From a virus: a stretch of 64,000 nt of DNA. Position numbers and translations under genes: made by a program. Below the pieces are notes generated by a model. The model had not been told where the DNA came from and made no database searches. It worked only from the letters and a program-made list of their open reading frames with translations. Positions 1 through 9,988 of the stretch are shown here, one piece after another (position 1 is the stretch's first letter; every line of letters starts with the position of its first letter). The DNA is taken from positions 1-64,000 of IMG/VR virus record IMGVR_UViG_3300020183_000001. One strand, written 5' to 3'.

Positions 1-2
1 AG

Positions 3-446
3 TACCATGCTCAAGTGAGTCAAGCAGGCCAGGGAATGGCGGCCTTAGAAACCCTGGAAAATTTGACTCCTGAAATGCGTAGTCAGGTTGCAGCAAAAGC
101 AAATCAAATGATGAACCAAGGTTTTAACCAAGTTGAAGATTTAATTAATACACAAGCCTCTTCTCGACTAGATGAAAACTTAGCTCGGATGGCCCAAAAA
201 ACAAGCGGAAAAGAAATTCCAGGTATCGGTCAAGACATTGGAGAGATTTACGAAGCCTTATTAAAAGAACCGACATCAATTACGGGTGAACATATTGGAC
301 GCGCAATAGGTCGTTTTGCCGGAGATGAAATTGGTGTTGTTACTGGAATAGGAGTAGGAGGAATGATATCAAATGCCATGGGAATTGAAAATGAAAAAGA
401 TAAAAAAATTAAAGAACTTAAATCACAATTAGCTAGGGGTTATTGA
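3..446 (+). CDS. hypothetical Gly/Gln-rich protein, 5' partial
   Basis: Frame is open from the window edge; low-complexity C-terminus. Confidence 0.6.
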   Translation, partial: YHAQVSQAGQGMAALETLENLTPEMRSQVAAKANQMMNQGFNQVEDLINTQASSRLDENLARMAQKTSGKEIPGIGQDIGEIYEALLKEPTSITGEHIGRAIGRFAGDEIGVVTGIGVGGMISNAMGIENEKDKKIKELKSQLARGY

Positions 447-782
447 GCGTAGCAACTCTTTTTCTTTTGTTGTTTTTGCACGTAGTTTTTCTTTCCAATA
501 TTCAACAGCTTTTCTTGTATTCATATTCTCTCCACAGGTATAAACATCCAACGCTGCATACTCCTCCTGGGGCCAAGTATGAATTGATGCATGGGACTCA
601 GCCAGTAGTGCCAATAAGGTCACACCTTGTGGTTCAAACTTATGTCCAGCCAAATCCAAGAGGTGTGCATTAGCCAATTCCATGGCATCACGCATCACTT
701 TATACAGATAGTCATAGTCATCCAAGACGTACGGATCACAGCCGTACAAATCAAGGATGACATGATGCCCCTGTTTACTCAT
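429..782 (-). CDS. speD: S-adenosylmethionine decarboxylase proenzyme
   Basis: GHHVILDLYGC, FEPQGVT, LLAE/SHASIHTWP self-cleavage motif, DVYTCG. Confidence 0.95.
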   Translation of the reverse strand: MSKQGHHVILDLYGCDPYVLDDYDYLYKVMRDAMELANAHLLDLAGHKFEPQGVTLLALLAESHASIHTWPQEEYAALDVYTCGENMNTRKAVEYWKEKLRAKTTKEKELLRSITPS

Positions 783-3411
783 CTAACCAATCTTCATCAA
801 TATCCTCCATTCTCGCATTAGGATCTGCTTTTATTTTCACCCCATAATTTGGTTCAAACTTATCCGGGTTGGCAGCCGCTGTTACGGCACTGGGATACCC
901 CTCATACTTTGGATCCGAACCTCGAACAGCTACATTAAACACCCGCATTCCTTTTTTATTTCTTACGCTATACACATTTAAATTAAGCTGGTGCTTACAA
1001 ATGTCAAGGAACAACGGTTCAAACCGGTTCCGAGACATAACATTTACGTTGCACTCTTTACAGAACGCTGCGTAACTTGGATATAACCACTGTTCTTGGT
1101 ATTTGTACATATGTGTATTTCCAGGTGCCTCAATCTTCACAAAACCTATAGCAGCCGACACCCCTGGTTCGTACACAACCTTGTGCGCCATCCAATCCAA
1201 AATTGAGTTGGAACGCAGGTTTTGTGTGTGCGAGTACTTCTTAAAGAACTCCACCTTCTGGTTGGTTTCCATCAAGTACTCTCTCATTTCTGTTTCTGTC
1301 ATGTCCAACAACCAGTTCACCAGTCCTGGAAGCAATGCCGCAAACTCACCCTGAGGTTCACCCTTCGTGTTGAACTTGATGAGATCCCTCTGCTCACTGG
1401 AACCACCAGTAAACGGACGATCGAATGGAACAGTTAAACGCCGACGTGCCAAACCAGATGTGTAGTCAGTTGACTGGATGGCTTCGTTAGCAGTGACGAT
1501 TACCAACCCCTTGAACTGGAACGGTTCGTAATTCTCATTCTGATACTTACGTTCTGCACGAATCCAGTCGTTACCAGTAATTGCCTTCAACCTGGAGACC
1601 GAACCACCCCACCTATCTGCATCTTGGAACAGCAGCAACTTCTTACCCATGTAACTCGCTGCTTCAAACCGGTTCTTTTCCAGGTTCTCAAAGTCAGTTG
1701 AGTACACATTCTTCTTACCAACCAGTGCTACAGCCAGGTTTGCATACGTCGACTTCCCTGACTTCCCTGGTCCAACAATCTCAATAAACTTCTGGATCTC
1801 GTAAGTACTCAACAGGGTGGCACGTAACCAAGCTCTTAACACCTGAGTCCGCTGCCAGTTATCAAATTGTGTGTGCTTCAACCACTTAACGATTGGTTCA
1901 CAGGTAGCCGCTGGGTTGTATGCGTACGGAATCTGTTGTGTCAGGTACAGCTCCCTCTTAAACGGAAGTAATTCCCTAGTTGTTACATCCAACACCCCGT
2001 TGGTAAACAGTAGGTACTTATTCCCTTCATACCATTCTTTTATACACAGCACTGCCTGAAGCTGCTCGTATACATCATTTAGGAATCGAGCCGTAAATCC
2101 CTGAGGAATTAGTTTACTTATTGCCGGATCTTGTAGTTTGTTTCGGATGTCTCCCATCATTTCAACTTTCATGATCGGAGACCAGAGACCAGCCCTCTCC
2201 CGCTGGTACATAAAGAATTGACTGTGAGGAATACTGAATCTCAAATCACCTTTATAAAGAGTTAACAGCATGTCTGAAATTTCACTAGCCGCTTTATTTT
2301 TTGTTTTACTGTCATCCCCATCTTCTTTACCACGCAGTCTTTTTTGTTGCTTGGTTTCTTGCCGCACTTCTTGCAGCTCAGCTTCCATTACAGGTGCCAT
2401 GTTTTTTTCAGCCTCTTCTAGTACTTTGGTGATGTGATCGAGCATGTCATCAGAGACATTAAGTGCAGCCGGGTGTTCTTTTGGTTGCCAACCATTTTCT
2501 TTTGCGATATGAATGAGAGAGCCGACCCCCCGTCCACCACTCTTCGAGAATGATTTCCACCTCCGCTGGCACTCACCTGGCCGATACTTATCACTCTGTT
2601 TGGACCAGTCTTCCCAAACATCAAGGAGTGACTCATCGAGTGAATGAAGTGCCTGGCCCGCCGTAATCCAGATGTCATAATCATCTGCAGCTTCCGGGGG
2701 CATGGCCCAAGTAGCTTCAATAGCAAGTTGAATATCCCTTTCCAATGAAATCCTGGTATTGATTGCAAACCCTGGTCCTACCACCCGACCCCTCTCTTCT
2801 GCCGGAAAACCCTGCCGTTCGTTTTTATTCTTAATACCTTCCAAGATCCAGGACGGAAGTTCAGGAATTGTAGAACACCACTCAAATCCCAACCCTTCTG
2901 GCGTGAAGTAACCAGCAGTTTCCGGATGAGACCCCATCAACACACCCTGGTGCCGCCTCCAAAGAATCTCTAGTTTTTCTTTTTCCGCGTCGGAATGCCA
3001 GACGTACTTGTTGCGGATTAAATGCTCCCAATCTTTTTGTAACAATTTATACAATCGGCGTTCTCTTCCTTCTTTGCCGCTGCAAATTGTTAAGGTTGGA
3101 GGAAGTGCCTGTTCAAATACATAACCCGACACCTGCTCAACCAACTGATAAACACTCGGCCCATCAACGTCTACCCATACAAAACCGTACGGGTGGTTGT
3201 AGCAAGGACCACCAATCAAACCAACAGCATGGCAGTGACCATCTTTAATCTCTGCCGCAATCTCTTCTTTGGTTTGCGGTTTGTTCTGCCAACCTGTCAG
3301 ATAAGGATTTTTACTTTCTCCCAACGGAGTAAGGGGCCATTCCAGTGGCACCCAATCCAAATTGATCTCCCCTGGCAGTAAATTCATACTATTAGCGTTT
3401 GTCATACGCAT
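775..3411 (-). CDS. bifunctional primase-polymerase / PriCT-2 / D5-like SF3 helicase
   Basis: Prim-Pol motif VWVDVDG; PriCT-2-like DDYDIWITAGQALH...WEDWSKQSDKY...WKSF; D5_N FTNGVLDV; Walker A GPGKSGKS; RRRLTVPF. Confidence 0.92.
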   Translation of the reverse strand: MRMTNANSMNLLPGEINLDWVPLEWPLTPLGESKNPYLTGWQNKPQTKEEIAAEIKDGHCHAVGLIGGPCYNHPYGFVWVDVDGPSVYQLVEQVSGYVFEQALPPTLTICSGKEGRERRLYKLLQKDWEHLIRNKYVWHSDAEKEKLEILWRRHQGVLMGSHPETAGYFTPEGLGFEWCSTIPELPSWILEGIKNKNERQGFPAEERGRVVGPGFAINTRISLERDIQLAIEATWAMPPEAADDYDIWITAGQALHSLDESLLDVWEDWSKQSDKYRPGECQRRWKSFSKSGGRGVGSLIHIAKENGWQPKEHPAALNVSDDMLDHITKVLEEAEKNMAPVMEAELQEVRQETKQQKRLRGKEDGDDSKTKNKAASEISDMLLTLYKGDLRFSIPHSQFFMYQRERAGLWSPIMKVEMMGDIRNKLQDPAISKLIPQGFTARFLNDVYEQLQAVLCIKEWYEGNKYLLFTNGVLDVTTRELLPFKRELYLTQQIPYAYNPAATCEPIVKWLKHTQFDNWQRTQVLRAWLRATLLSTYEIQKFIEIVGPGKSGKSTYANLAVALVGKKNVYSTDFENLEKNRFEAASYMGKKLLLFQDADRWGGSVSRLKAITGNDWIRAERKYQNENYEPFQFKGLVIVTANEAIQSTDYTSGLARRRLTVPFDRPFTGGSSEQRDLIKFNTKGEPQGEFAALLPGLVNWLLDMTETEMREYLMETNQKVEFFKKYSHTQNLRSNSILDWMAHKVVYEPGVSAAIGFVKIEAPGNTHMYKYQEQWLYPSYAAFCKECNVNVMSRNRFEPLFLDICKHQLNLNVYSVRNKKGMRVFNVAVRGSDPKYEGYPSAVTAAANPDKFEPNYGVKIKADPNARMEDIDEDWLDE

Positions 3412-3590
3412 GTCTCCTGGGAAGTAACTTTTACTTTAAAATCTCGTCCATTGAACTGTGTATCCTTAATCAAATTGAAAGCATGGAGATGCATTTCAGT
3501 TGGGAGAAGAAAACAATCTCCTTCCATCGCACTATTCATGCGAAGACAAAGGGATTGCATCCACTCCCCAGTTGACACGGGGATGTCCAT
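3402..3590 (-). CDS. hypothetical protein
   Basis: ORF coupled to the primase start. Confidence 0.6.
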   Translation of the reverse strand: MDIPVSTGEWMQSLCLRMNSAMEGDCFLLPTEMHLHAFNLIKDTQFNGRDFKVKVTSQETCV

Positions 3591-3699
3591 GGGGCGGATT
3601 TGTTTTCAGTTCTTTTATCCTACGCTGCCCAACCTTCCTGCAACCTTATAACTTAACTAAGATCAGCAAGTCTTATTGGACTCAATCCTGGATGAGGAC

Positions 3700-4017
3700 T
3701 CAACTGCTAGTTGAATTCTCGCCTGTTTCTCCTCTTCCGTTAAGTTTTTCCACTTCTGCCTCAGCTTCTGCAACCCATTTGGCAACGAGTCGCATCTCTC
3801 CTCCGAGCAACCGGGATTCTCCTGTTTGCAGTTCATCATCAACCTCCTTCTCCTGGTAGACCGGTTCAAATCTTTCCTTCCGCTCCTGCTCCGATTCCCA
3901 CTGGTTCTCAAGTTCGATCATCTTGAGACGAGCCGTTAGCTTGGCTTCAAACCAAACCTTCTTCCACCACTTGAGTAGCGCCTTCCAAATCTCAGACCAG
4001 ATCGGGGTCATAATCAT
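3700..4017 (-). CDS. hypothetical protein
   Basis: ORF coupled to the exonuclease gene; amphipathic Trp-rich N-terminus. Confidence 0.65.
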   Translation of the reverse strand: MIMTPIWSEIWKALLKWWKKVWFEAKLTARLKMIELENQWESEQERKERFEPVYQEKEVDDELQTGESRLLGGEMRLVAKWVAEAEAEVEKLNGRGETGENSTSS

Positions 4018-4843
4018 CTACCTCTTTAATTTGATCGTAGTACTCTTTTACTACCTTCAACCATTTCTCCCTCATAATATTGAGGTGATTCCTGGTAATA
4101 ATGAAGAGTTGCGTACGTTCTTCCGTTGCAACCAAAATGGCTCCTTGCTGGACCCTCATCCCCAAAGTCTGTTCAATCCCCAGGTCGTAAGCACCCAACT
4201 GAAGACAGCACTTTGAGAACTTCATATATCCGCCCAGCCCTTGTCTCCATTCAGGCGAACCTTTCTCCAAAGTTTTAGGCCACCGCCTGTGGTACGGACC
4301 GTTCGAAGTTTTTAAGTCGGCAAGCGTCAGTTTATTTCCAGCTACACCAATGATGTCTGGTGATCCAGCCCATGCTCGTCCGTCATCATCACAACCCCAT
4401 ACCCTGCCAACACCATCATCTGATAATGCAAACTTATGTTTTTCCCACAGCGGTGTTTCAGCCCAGATAACTTCCTGGAACTGATCCAACATTGGTGGCA
4501 TCCCATCCCAAAACTTCGAATACTCTTCTGGTACAGAAAACTCTTCCCGTTTGAGGTAATGCTCCATACAGGAGTGGATCGAAGTACCACGCTCTGCAGC
4601 AGCTTCCTTCTTCCCTGGGTTGTTTTTGGCCCACATCTCCAACTTTTTTTTGTTGGCTTCTGATGCCGTCTGGCCAATAATCGTTGTTACCGATGGCGCT
4701 GGACCAGTTAGGAACGGAGTGTGGTAGTGGCGCTTACCATTTATCTCTACTCGTGCAGGCTTAGAGTTTAACTCCTCAAGAAGCTCAGGCTCCTCAATGT
4801 ACCGCTGGTGCCAAGGTTCGGTCGGAATATCAGCTACAACCAT
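3992..4843 (-). CDS. PD-(D/E)XK phage exonuclease
   Basis: PSVTTI, AAERGTSIH, AGSPDI, ADLKTS, QLGAY motifs. Confidence 0.85.
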   Translation of the reverse strand: MVVADIPTEPWHQRYIEEPELLEELNSKPARVEINGKRHYHTPFLTGPAPSVTTIIGQTASEANKKKLEMWAKNNPGKKEAAAERGTSIHSCMEHYLKREEFSVPEEYSKFWDGMPPMLDQFQEVIWAETPLWEKHKFALSDDGVGRVWGCDDDGRAWAGSPDIIGVAGNKLTLADLKTSNGPYHRRWPKTLEKGSPEWRQGLGGYMKFSKCCLQLGAYDLGIEQTLGMRVQQGAILVATEERTQLFIITRNHLNIMREKWLKVVKEYYDQIKEVDDYDPDLV

Positions 4844-4923
4844 GAAAGATTGTGTGTATTCCTTATATTCTAATTCTTTTTTAAAATTCTGCGCTACGCT
4901 ATGAGCACTGGGACCCCAGAAAA

Positions 4924-5079
4924 ATGACCGCAGATCTTACCCGTTTTTACTACGAAGACTTAACGGATGAGCCCCCGCGTTTAGATCAAGTGTTCGAAGA
5001 TATTGACAAAGAGGATGCCGACGCCCACGAAGCGATGCTCATCAACCAAAAAATTGATTACATTCGTATCGAGCTATGA
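4924..5079 (+). CDS. small acidic protein (51 aa, not in ORF track)
   Basis: MTADLTRFYYEDL...IRIEL; ATGA overlap with the next gene. Confidence 0.65.
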   Translation: MTADLTRFYYEDLTDEPPRLDQVFEDIDKEDADAHEAMLINQKIDYIRIEL

Positions 5080-5921
5080 CCGCAACTCTTGCAGTCCTTT
5101 CCCTTTGGCGCGACTCCGAATCTTATTTAAAGTATTCCCTCTCACAGTTTGATGAGATGGAAGAAGTCTTGCTGGAAAAGGGAATTAACACAGTTTACGG
5201 ATTTTTTGAGAATGATTCAGAGGACAAAACTCCTCAACTTCTCCAGTCCTGGCTGAAAGATCGGATGGGTTTTGTGGTTTCAGAACGGATTGGTGCACCC
5301 AAATGGGGAAGTGTCGCCTCCTTGGAACGCGTCCGTTACCAAGCCAGGTACCGCAACATGGCACTCCAACTGTTAAGTAATTATTACAACTTCGATTACC
5401 TCTTGGTTGCTGACAGTGATGTGCACTGGGAACCTTCCCTCATCACTGGAATGATCGATCGATTGGATTCGAATGAGGATTGGGGAATGGTCTCTCCCAA
5501 CACAACGCAAAACGTTCGTGATTTTATTGAGGATACTGACCGCCCTTCTTACTTTGATAGTTGGTCGCTCCTTGATTCTCATGGGACTCAGTGCATGACC
5601 TTTGCTGCCAACCCATTTCTTACCAAAGAAGATCGCGACCTGTGGGACCAAAACAAACCAGTTTCTTGCAATAGTGCATTTGGTTCAATCGCCATGATTA
5701 AAGCAGAAGCTCTTGACGAAGTGAATTGGTCAGTCATCGACGGTGTCGAACACTGGGAATTTTGTAAGGGCATCCGTTTAAATGACTACCTTGTGATCGC
5801 AGATCCCTCGTTGCAGGCCGAAGTCATCCACAAAAAAGAGGTGGTTCCCCACCCCGATGTAGTACGGATGCACCAGGAAAGACTCTCCAGTAGTCTCATG
5901 GCAACATTCGTTAAACGTTAA
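5076..5921 (+). CDS. GT-A fold glycosyltransferase
   Basis: FENDSEDKT, ARYRN, DxD (VADSD), SAFGS, VEHWEFC. Confidence 0.8.
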   Translation: MTATLAVLSLWRDSESYLKYSLSQFDEMEEVLLEKGINTVYGFFENDSEDKTPQLLQSWLKDRMGFVVSERIGAPKWGSVASLERVRYQARYRNMALQLLSNYYNFDYLLVADSDVHWEPSLITGMIDRLDSNEDWGMVSPNTTQNVRDFIEDTDRPSYFDSWSLLDSHGTQCMTFAANPFLTKEDRDLWDQNKPVSCNSAFGSIAMIKAEALDEVNWSVIDGVEHWEFCKGIRLNDYLVIADPSLQAEVIHKKEVVPHPDVVRMHQERLSSSLMATFVKR

Positions 5922-6942
5922 TTTGCCTGAGATCGTGGTCAACCATTTCAAAAACCAACTCATCCAACGAAATCTCTGGTGCCCACCCAAGCAATTCTTC
6001 TGCTTGTTTTGAATCTCCAAGGAGAGTATCTACTTCTGCCGGACGGTAATACTCAGGATTAATTTTGATTACTTCTTTACCAAGTCGGTAGCAGTACCCA
6101 ACTTCATCAACACCTTTCCCACGCCAACTTAAATCAAGGCCCGCAGCTTTAAACGCTTTCTCACAAAAGGTACGAACACTAGTCTGAATCCCAGTTGCAA
6201 TCACATAATCCAACGGACCCTCCTCCCTCTGGAGCATGAGGTACATTGCTCTCACATAATCTTTTGCATGACCCCAATCTCTACGTGCATCTAAATTCCC
6301 CAACTCAATCCAATCCTGGGACCCAGCCCAAACACCTGCTACACCCTTCGTAATCTTCCGAGTGACAAACTCTTCTCCCCGGATGGGAGATTCGTGGTTG
6401 AAGAGGATGCCATTACAACCGAACAGTCCATAGCTTTCTCGGTAGTTAACCGTTAGCCAGTACCCAAACAACTTGGCGACACCATACGGACTACGCGGAT
6501 GGAAATACGTTCCCTCATTCTGCGGAACTTCCCTCACCTTCCCAAACATCTCCGACGTTGATGCCTGGTAAAACTTAGGCATGTGTTTTGTGTTGCGACA
6601 TGCTTCCAAAATATTAAGGACTCCAAGTGCATTGATATGTGCCGTACTTCCTGGAGACTTAAAACTGACACCCACATGACTCTGGGCCGCCAAGTTGTAC
6701 ACCTCATCTGGTCCAAAAGAATCCACAAGCCGATGCATTGATGTTGCATCAGTCATATCTGAGTACTCAAACTGCACTTCCCCTGGTACGGACCCATCAA
6801 AAATCCACTTGAGTTTATTTAGCTTCCCTGGATTTGCATTGTTCCTAACCAACCCCATCACCTGGTACCCCTCATCCACCAGTAATTTGGTGAGATATGC
6901 ACCATCTTGGCCAGTAATTCCTGTCACCAAAGCTTTTTTCAT
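5911..6942 (-). CDS. gmd: GDP-mannose 4,6-dehydratase
   Basis: GITGQDG, NLAAQSHV, QASTSE, SPYGVAK, NHESP, RDWGHAKDY. Confidence 0.97.
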   Translation of the reverse strand: MKKALVTGITGQDGAYLTKLLVDEGYQVMGLVRNNANPGKLNKLKWIFDGSVPGEVQFEYSDMTDATSMHRLVDSFGPDEVYNLAAQSHVGVSFKSPGSTAHINALGVLNILEACRNTKHMPKFYQASTSEMFGKVREVPQNEGTYFHPRSPYGVAKLFGYWLTVNYRESYGLFGCNGILFNHESPIRGEEFVTRKITKGVAGVWAGSQDWIELGNLDARRDWGHAKDYVRAMYLMLQREEGPLDYVIATGIQTSVRTFCEKAFKAAGLDLSWRGKGVDEVGYCYRLGKEVIKINPEYYRPAEVDTLLGDSKQAEELLGWAPEISLDELVFEMVDHDLRQINV

Positions 6943-6992
6943 TTGATTTATTCTTTATACTGGCAGTATAACGAATAAGAAAGGTTTGAGGA

Positions 6993-8165
6993 ATGACCAA
7001 ATTTGATTGGCCTCTTCAAAAAAATACCATTGGGTTTGACGAAAAGTTTGCACTGATCAAATTTATTCTTACCTCCGACCGTTTTACCAACGGTCCAAAG
7101 TGTCTTGAATTTGAAAAAGCATGGTCCAAATGGCAAGGACGCAAATACTCCCTCTTCGTCAGCAGTGGTACAACAGCTAACACCCTACTACTGGATTCAG
7201 TACGGGACCTGTTCTTTGGAAAGAAAACCAAATTAAAAATCTTGTGCCCTGCCGTCAACTGGGCCACAAACATCTCAACGTTTAAGCAGCAAGGACACGA
7301 TATTTTTTTCTATGACATCGACTACGTTGACTACTCACCAACTTATGCGTCTCTAAAACGATATCACGATGTTGGTATTGAACCAGATGTGGTGTATGCA
7401 ACGCACATCATGGGGTTTGCCAATCGCCTGGACCAAGTGAAAAAGTTCTGGCCCAACGCCATCATCCTAGAAGACTGCTGCGAATCCCATGGTGCTCTGA
7501 ATGGCGACTTCAAGAAGGTGGGTAATAAAGGACTTGGGTCAACCTTCTCCTTTTACTTTGGTCATCACATGACAACAATTGAAGGGGGTATGGTCTGCAC
7601 TGATGACGAAGATCTTTACAATCTAATGAGAGCCAAACGTTCTCATGGGATGTCCCGCGAGATGTTTGGTAAATACCGTGAGCTGGAGGAACGCCTAACC
7701 CCTGACATTGATCCGTCATTCCTATTCCCAACCGAAGGCTACAACTTTCGGAACACAGAAATTGGCGCTGTCCTTGGCCTGGTTCAACTTAGGAAGCTCG
7801 ACTCTTTCATTAAGCAACGACAAAAAAACTACTTCTTCTTTGTCAACTGTTTAGCTGGTCACCCCTGGATCAAATCCCTCCCATCTCCCGTGGGTAACAG
7901 TGCAATGACACTTCCATTCCATTGCAAATCACCAGAAACTAAACAAATCCTTAAAGATCAACTCAAAGAGATGGGTGTTGAAACTCGACCGTTTCTAGTA
8001 GGTAATCTACTCAGGCAGCCCTTTATGTCTGACTACAAGCAACAACCGTACCTACCGAACAGTGAAGAGATTCATACCCATGCTTTTTACATTGGTAACA
8101 ACCACTTTGTAAACCAATTTCAAATCCTTCGTCTTAGTGAGGAGCTTTACAAATGCGCTTCTTAA
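6993..8165 (+). CDS. PLP-dependent DegT-family enzyme, ColD-like 3-dehydratase
   Basis: SSGTTAN, EDCCESHG; FSFYFGHHMTTIEGG has His where aminotransferases have the Schiff-base Lys; GYNFR. Confidence 0.85.
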   Translation: MTKFDWPLQKNTIGFDEKFALIKFILTSDRFTNGPKCLEFEKAWSKWQGRKYSLFVSSGTTANTLLLDSVRDLFFGKKTKLKILCPAVNWATNISTFKQQGHDIFFYDIDYVDYSPTYASLKRYHDVGIEPDVVYATHIMGFANRLDQVKKFWPNAIILEDCCESHGALNGDFKKVGNKGLGSTFSFYFGHHMTTIEGGMVCTDDEDLYNLMRAKRSHGMSREMFGKYRELEERLTPDIDPSFLFPTEGYNFRNTEIGAVLGLVQLRKLDSFIKQRQKNYFFFVNCLAGHPWIKSLPSPVGNSAMTLPFHCKSPETKQILKDQLKEMGVETRPFLVGNLLRQPFMSDYKQQPYLPNSEEIHTHAFYIGNNHFVNQFQILRLSEELYKCAS

Positions 8166-8887
8166 TCTCTACCATCATTCGCAACCGTGGAATCCACATT
8201 CCAACCTGGTGCGAACAATTAATTGCACTTACCAAATACAACAAACAACATCAGTTTGACCTATACGTATTCGAAAATGACTCAACAGACAACACCAAAC
8301 AGGTCCTAAATCTGGTCCAAAAGAAACTCAAACCTCATTTTGGTATTGTTTCAATTGAGATTGAGGACTGTGGGTGGCCATACTTTGGTTCAATCAAAGC
8401 AGAGGAACGTGTCCGTTACTTAGCGCAGGCACGTAACCGAACCTTAAATAAGGCAGACGAATTAATTGGCCTGGTTGAATATGATCAAGTTATCTGTATT
8501 GAACCAGATGTATCGTATTCCATCGAGGAAGTAAGCAAACTCCTTGGTACCAGACACCATATCACTTCTGGATACAGTGTTCTTCCCCCTGGGCATGGAG
8601 TAAAAGATTGGATCTACGATAGCTGGGCCACAAGAATTAACGCAGATGATTCCGAATATTTTGGCCCAAAAATTTCTGATCTCCCAATGAGCCTAAAAAC
8701 TGCCTCGACCTTTAATTGTTTCTGCGTGTATGACGCAAAACCATTTATGATTGGGCTGCGTTTTTCGGATATCAACCCACGAACAAATCAATGGGACTGC
8801 GACACCACAAACATTTGTTTCGCGTTTACCGCACTTGGGTGTGACGATATTGTTATGTATAGGATTCCTATACTACATAAAGTCTGA
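8153..8887 (+). CDS. GT-A fold glycosyltransferase, paralog of 5076..5921
   Basis: FENDSTDNT, ERVRYLAQARN, YDSWA, STFN. Confidence 0.75.
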   Translation: MRFLISTIIRNRGIHIPTWCEQLIALTKYNKQHQFDLYVFENDSTDNTKQVLNLVQKKLKPHFGIVSIEIEDCGWPYFGSIKAEERVRYLAQARNRTLNKADELIGLVEYDQVICIEPDVSYSIEEVSKLLGTRHHITSGYSVLPPGHGVKDWIYDSWATRINADDSEYFGPKISDLPMSLKTASTFNCFCVYDAKPFMIGLRFSDINPRTNQWDCDTTNICFAFTALGCDDIVMYRIPILHKV

Positions 8888-8945
8888 CCGCTGACACCAA
8901 GTGTTTCCAAATACGATTATATTAAAAGGACCGAGTGAATCTCAA

Positions 8946-9155
8946 ATGTCTCTTAGCACCCAAGTAAAAGAATCTCTTAACCAAGCAGCAACTCACCTGC
9001 GTGATGCACTTGCATTTGCTGCACGTTCTGAGCATCCCCTTTGCATTACTACTATTTCTGAACTGCTGATGCGTGTTGAATCCATTGAACAGATGGACGA
9101 GATCATGCAAAAGTTTGGTAGCCCCAACAAGTCATCCGGGACTGCGCCCCATTAA
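8946..9155 (+). CDS. hypothetical protein
   Basis: MSLSTQVKESL...LRDALAFAARSE helical ORF. Confidence 0.7.
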   Translation: MSLSTQVKESLNQAATHLRDALAFAARSEHPLCITTISELLMRVESIEQMDEIMQKFGSPNKSSGTAPH

Positions 9156-9194
9156 CCTCAAGTACAATAGGTAAATAGTTGGTTGGGTCTGTGC

Positions 9195-9479
9195 GTGGCG
9201 CAAGACGATAGTAAGTACACAAAACCAGAGTTACGTGAACGAATTAAAAATCGCGTAATGGCTGGTACCAAAGGTGGGAAGGCGGGCCAATGGAGTGCTA
9301 GGAAGGCTCAACTTGTGGCACAAGAATACAAAGAAGCTGGCGGTGGATACAAAGGTGGCAAGGGCGAGAAACAAAAAGATTTAGAGAAGTGGGGCAAAGA
9401 GAAATGGTCCACTAAAGATGAATATGAAAAGAGGCAGAAAGCTAAGTCTGCTGCTAAAAAATACAAGGAGTCAAAGTAA
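9195..9479 (+). CDS. DUF5872-like basic protein, N-terminal part
   Basis: YTKPELRERIK...GGKAGQWSARKAQL..EY...GGGY. Confidence 0.75.
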   Translation: MAQDDSKYTKPELRERIKNRVMAGTKGGKAGQWSARKAQLVAQEYKEAGGGYKGGKGEKQKDLEKWGKEKWSTKDEYEKRQKAKSAAKKYKESK

Positions 9480-9688
9480 TGGCTGTCGATAAAGCTATCC
9501 AACCTGGGCATACTAAGCGATACTTACCAGAGAAAGCATGGGCTTCTTTATCAAAAGAAGAACGTGAGAAAACTGATCGCAAAAAGAAAGAAGCTAGTAA
9601 GTCCGGTAAACAATTTGTACCTAACACCAAGGCCGCCAAAGAGGCTGGCAAAAAAGCAAGACAATCTAAACCAACGAAAAAGAAGTGA
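9479..9688 (+). CDS. DUF5872-like basic protein, C-terminal part
   Basis: RYLPEKAWASLS..E...T.RKK...GKQFVPN; TAATG coupling to the previous gene. Confidence 0.7.
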   Translation: MAVDKAIQPGHTKRYLPEKAWASLSKEEREKTDRKKKEASKSGKQFVPNTKAAKEAGKKARQSKPTKKK

Positions 9689-9717
9689 TTTATAATTAAC
9701 AAAGAATAAGTATTCCA

Positions 9718-9888
9718 ATGGAAAAGAAAAAGCCTGTTCCTCCCAAAGGTAAAGCAATGCCCCGGAAAGGCAAAGAAGCTGCAGCTAAAAACAAAGGTGG
9801 CGCAACTGACAAACAAGCTGCTGCCCGTGACAAGTTTAAAGAAATGATTGCGAAAAAGAAAGAAGCTGCCGCCAAGAAGAAAAAATAA
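9718..9888 (+). CDS. Lys/Ala-rich basic protein (56 aa, not in ORF track)
   Basis: MEKKKPVPPKGK...AAAKKKK; TATAAT at 9691. Confidence 0.7.
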   Translation: MEKKKPVPPKGKAMPRKGKEAAAKNKGGATDKQAAARDKFKEMIAKKKEAAAKKKK

Positions 9889-9900
9889 CCTATACTTAAA

Positions 9901-9967
9901 CTGCTCAAAATCCTAAGGAGGGATTCCGAAAGTTCGATGTCCTGGCTTGAGCAACCAGGATTTTTTT
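9901..9967 (+). ncRNA. candidate small pseudoknotted RNA ending in an intrinsic terminator
   Basis: TATACT at 9891; 5' TGCTCAA is complementary to TTGAGCA in the TCCTGG/CCAGGA hairpin loop; followed by T7. Confidence 0.45.
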
Positions 9968-9975
9968 GTTATAAT
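9967..9975 (+). promoter_or_regulatory. extended -10 promoter TGTTATAAT
   Basis: Perfect TGnTATAAT upstream of a non-coding hairpin cluster. Confidence 0.7.
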
Positions 9976-9988
9976 TTGAGAGATAGAG

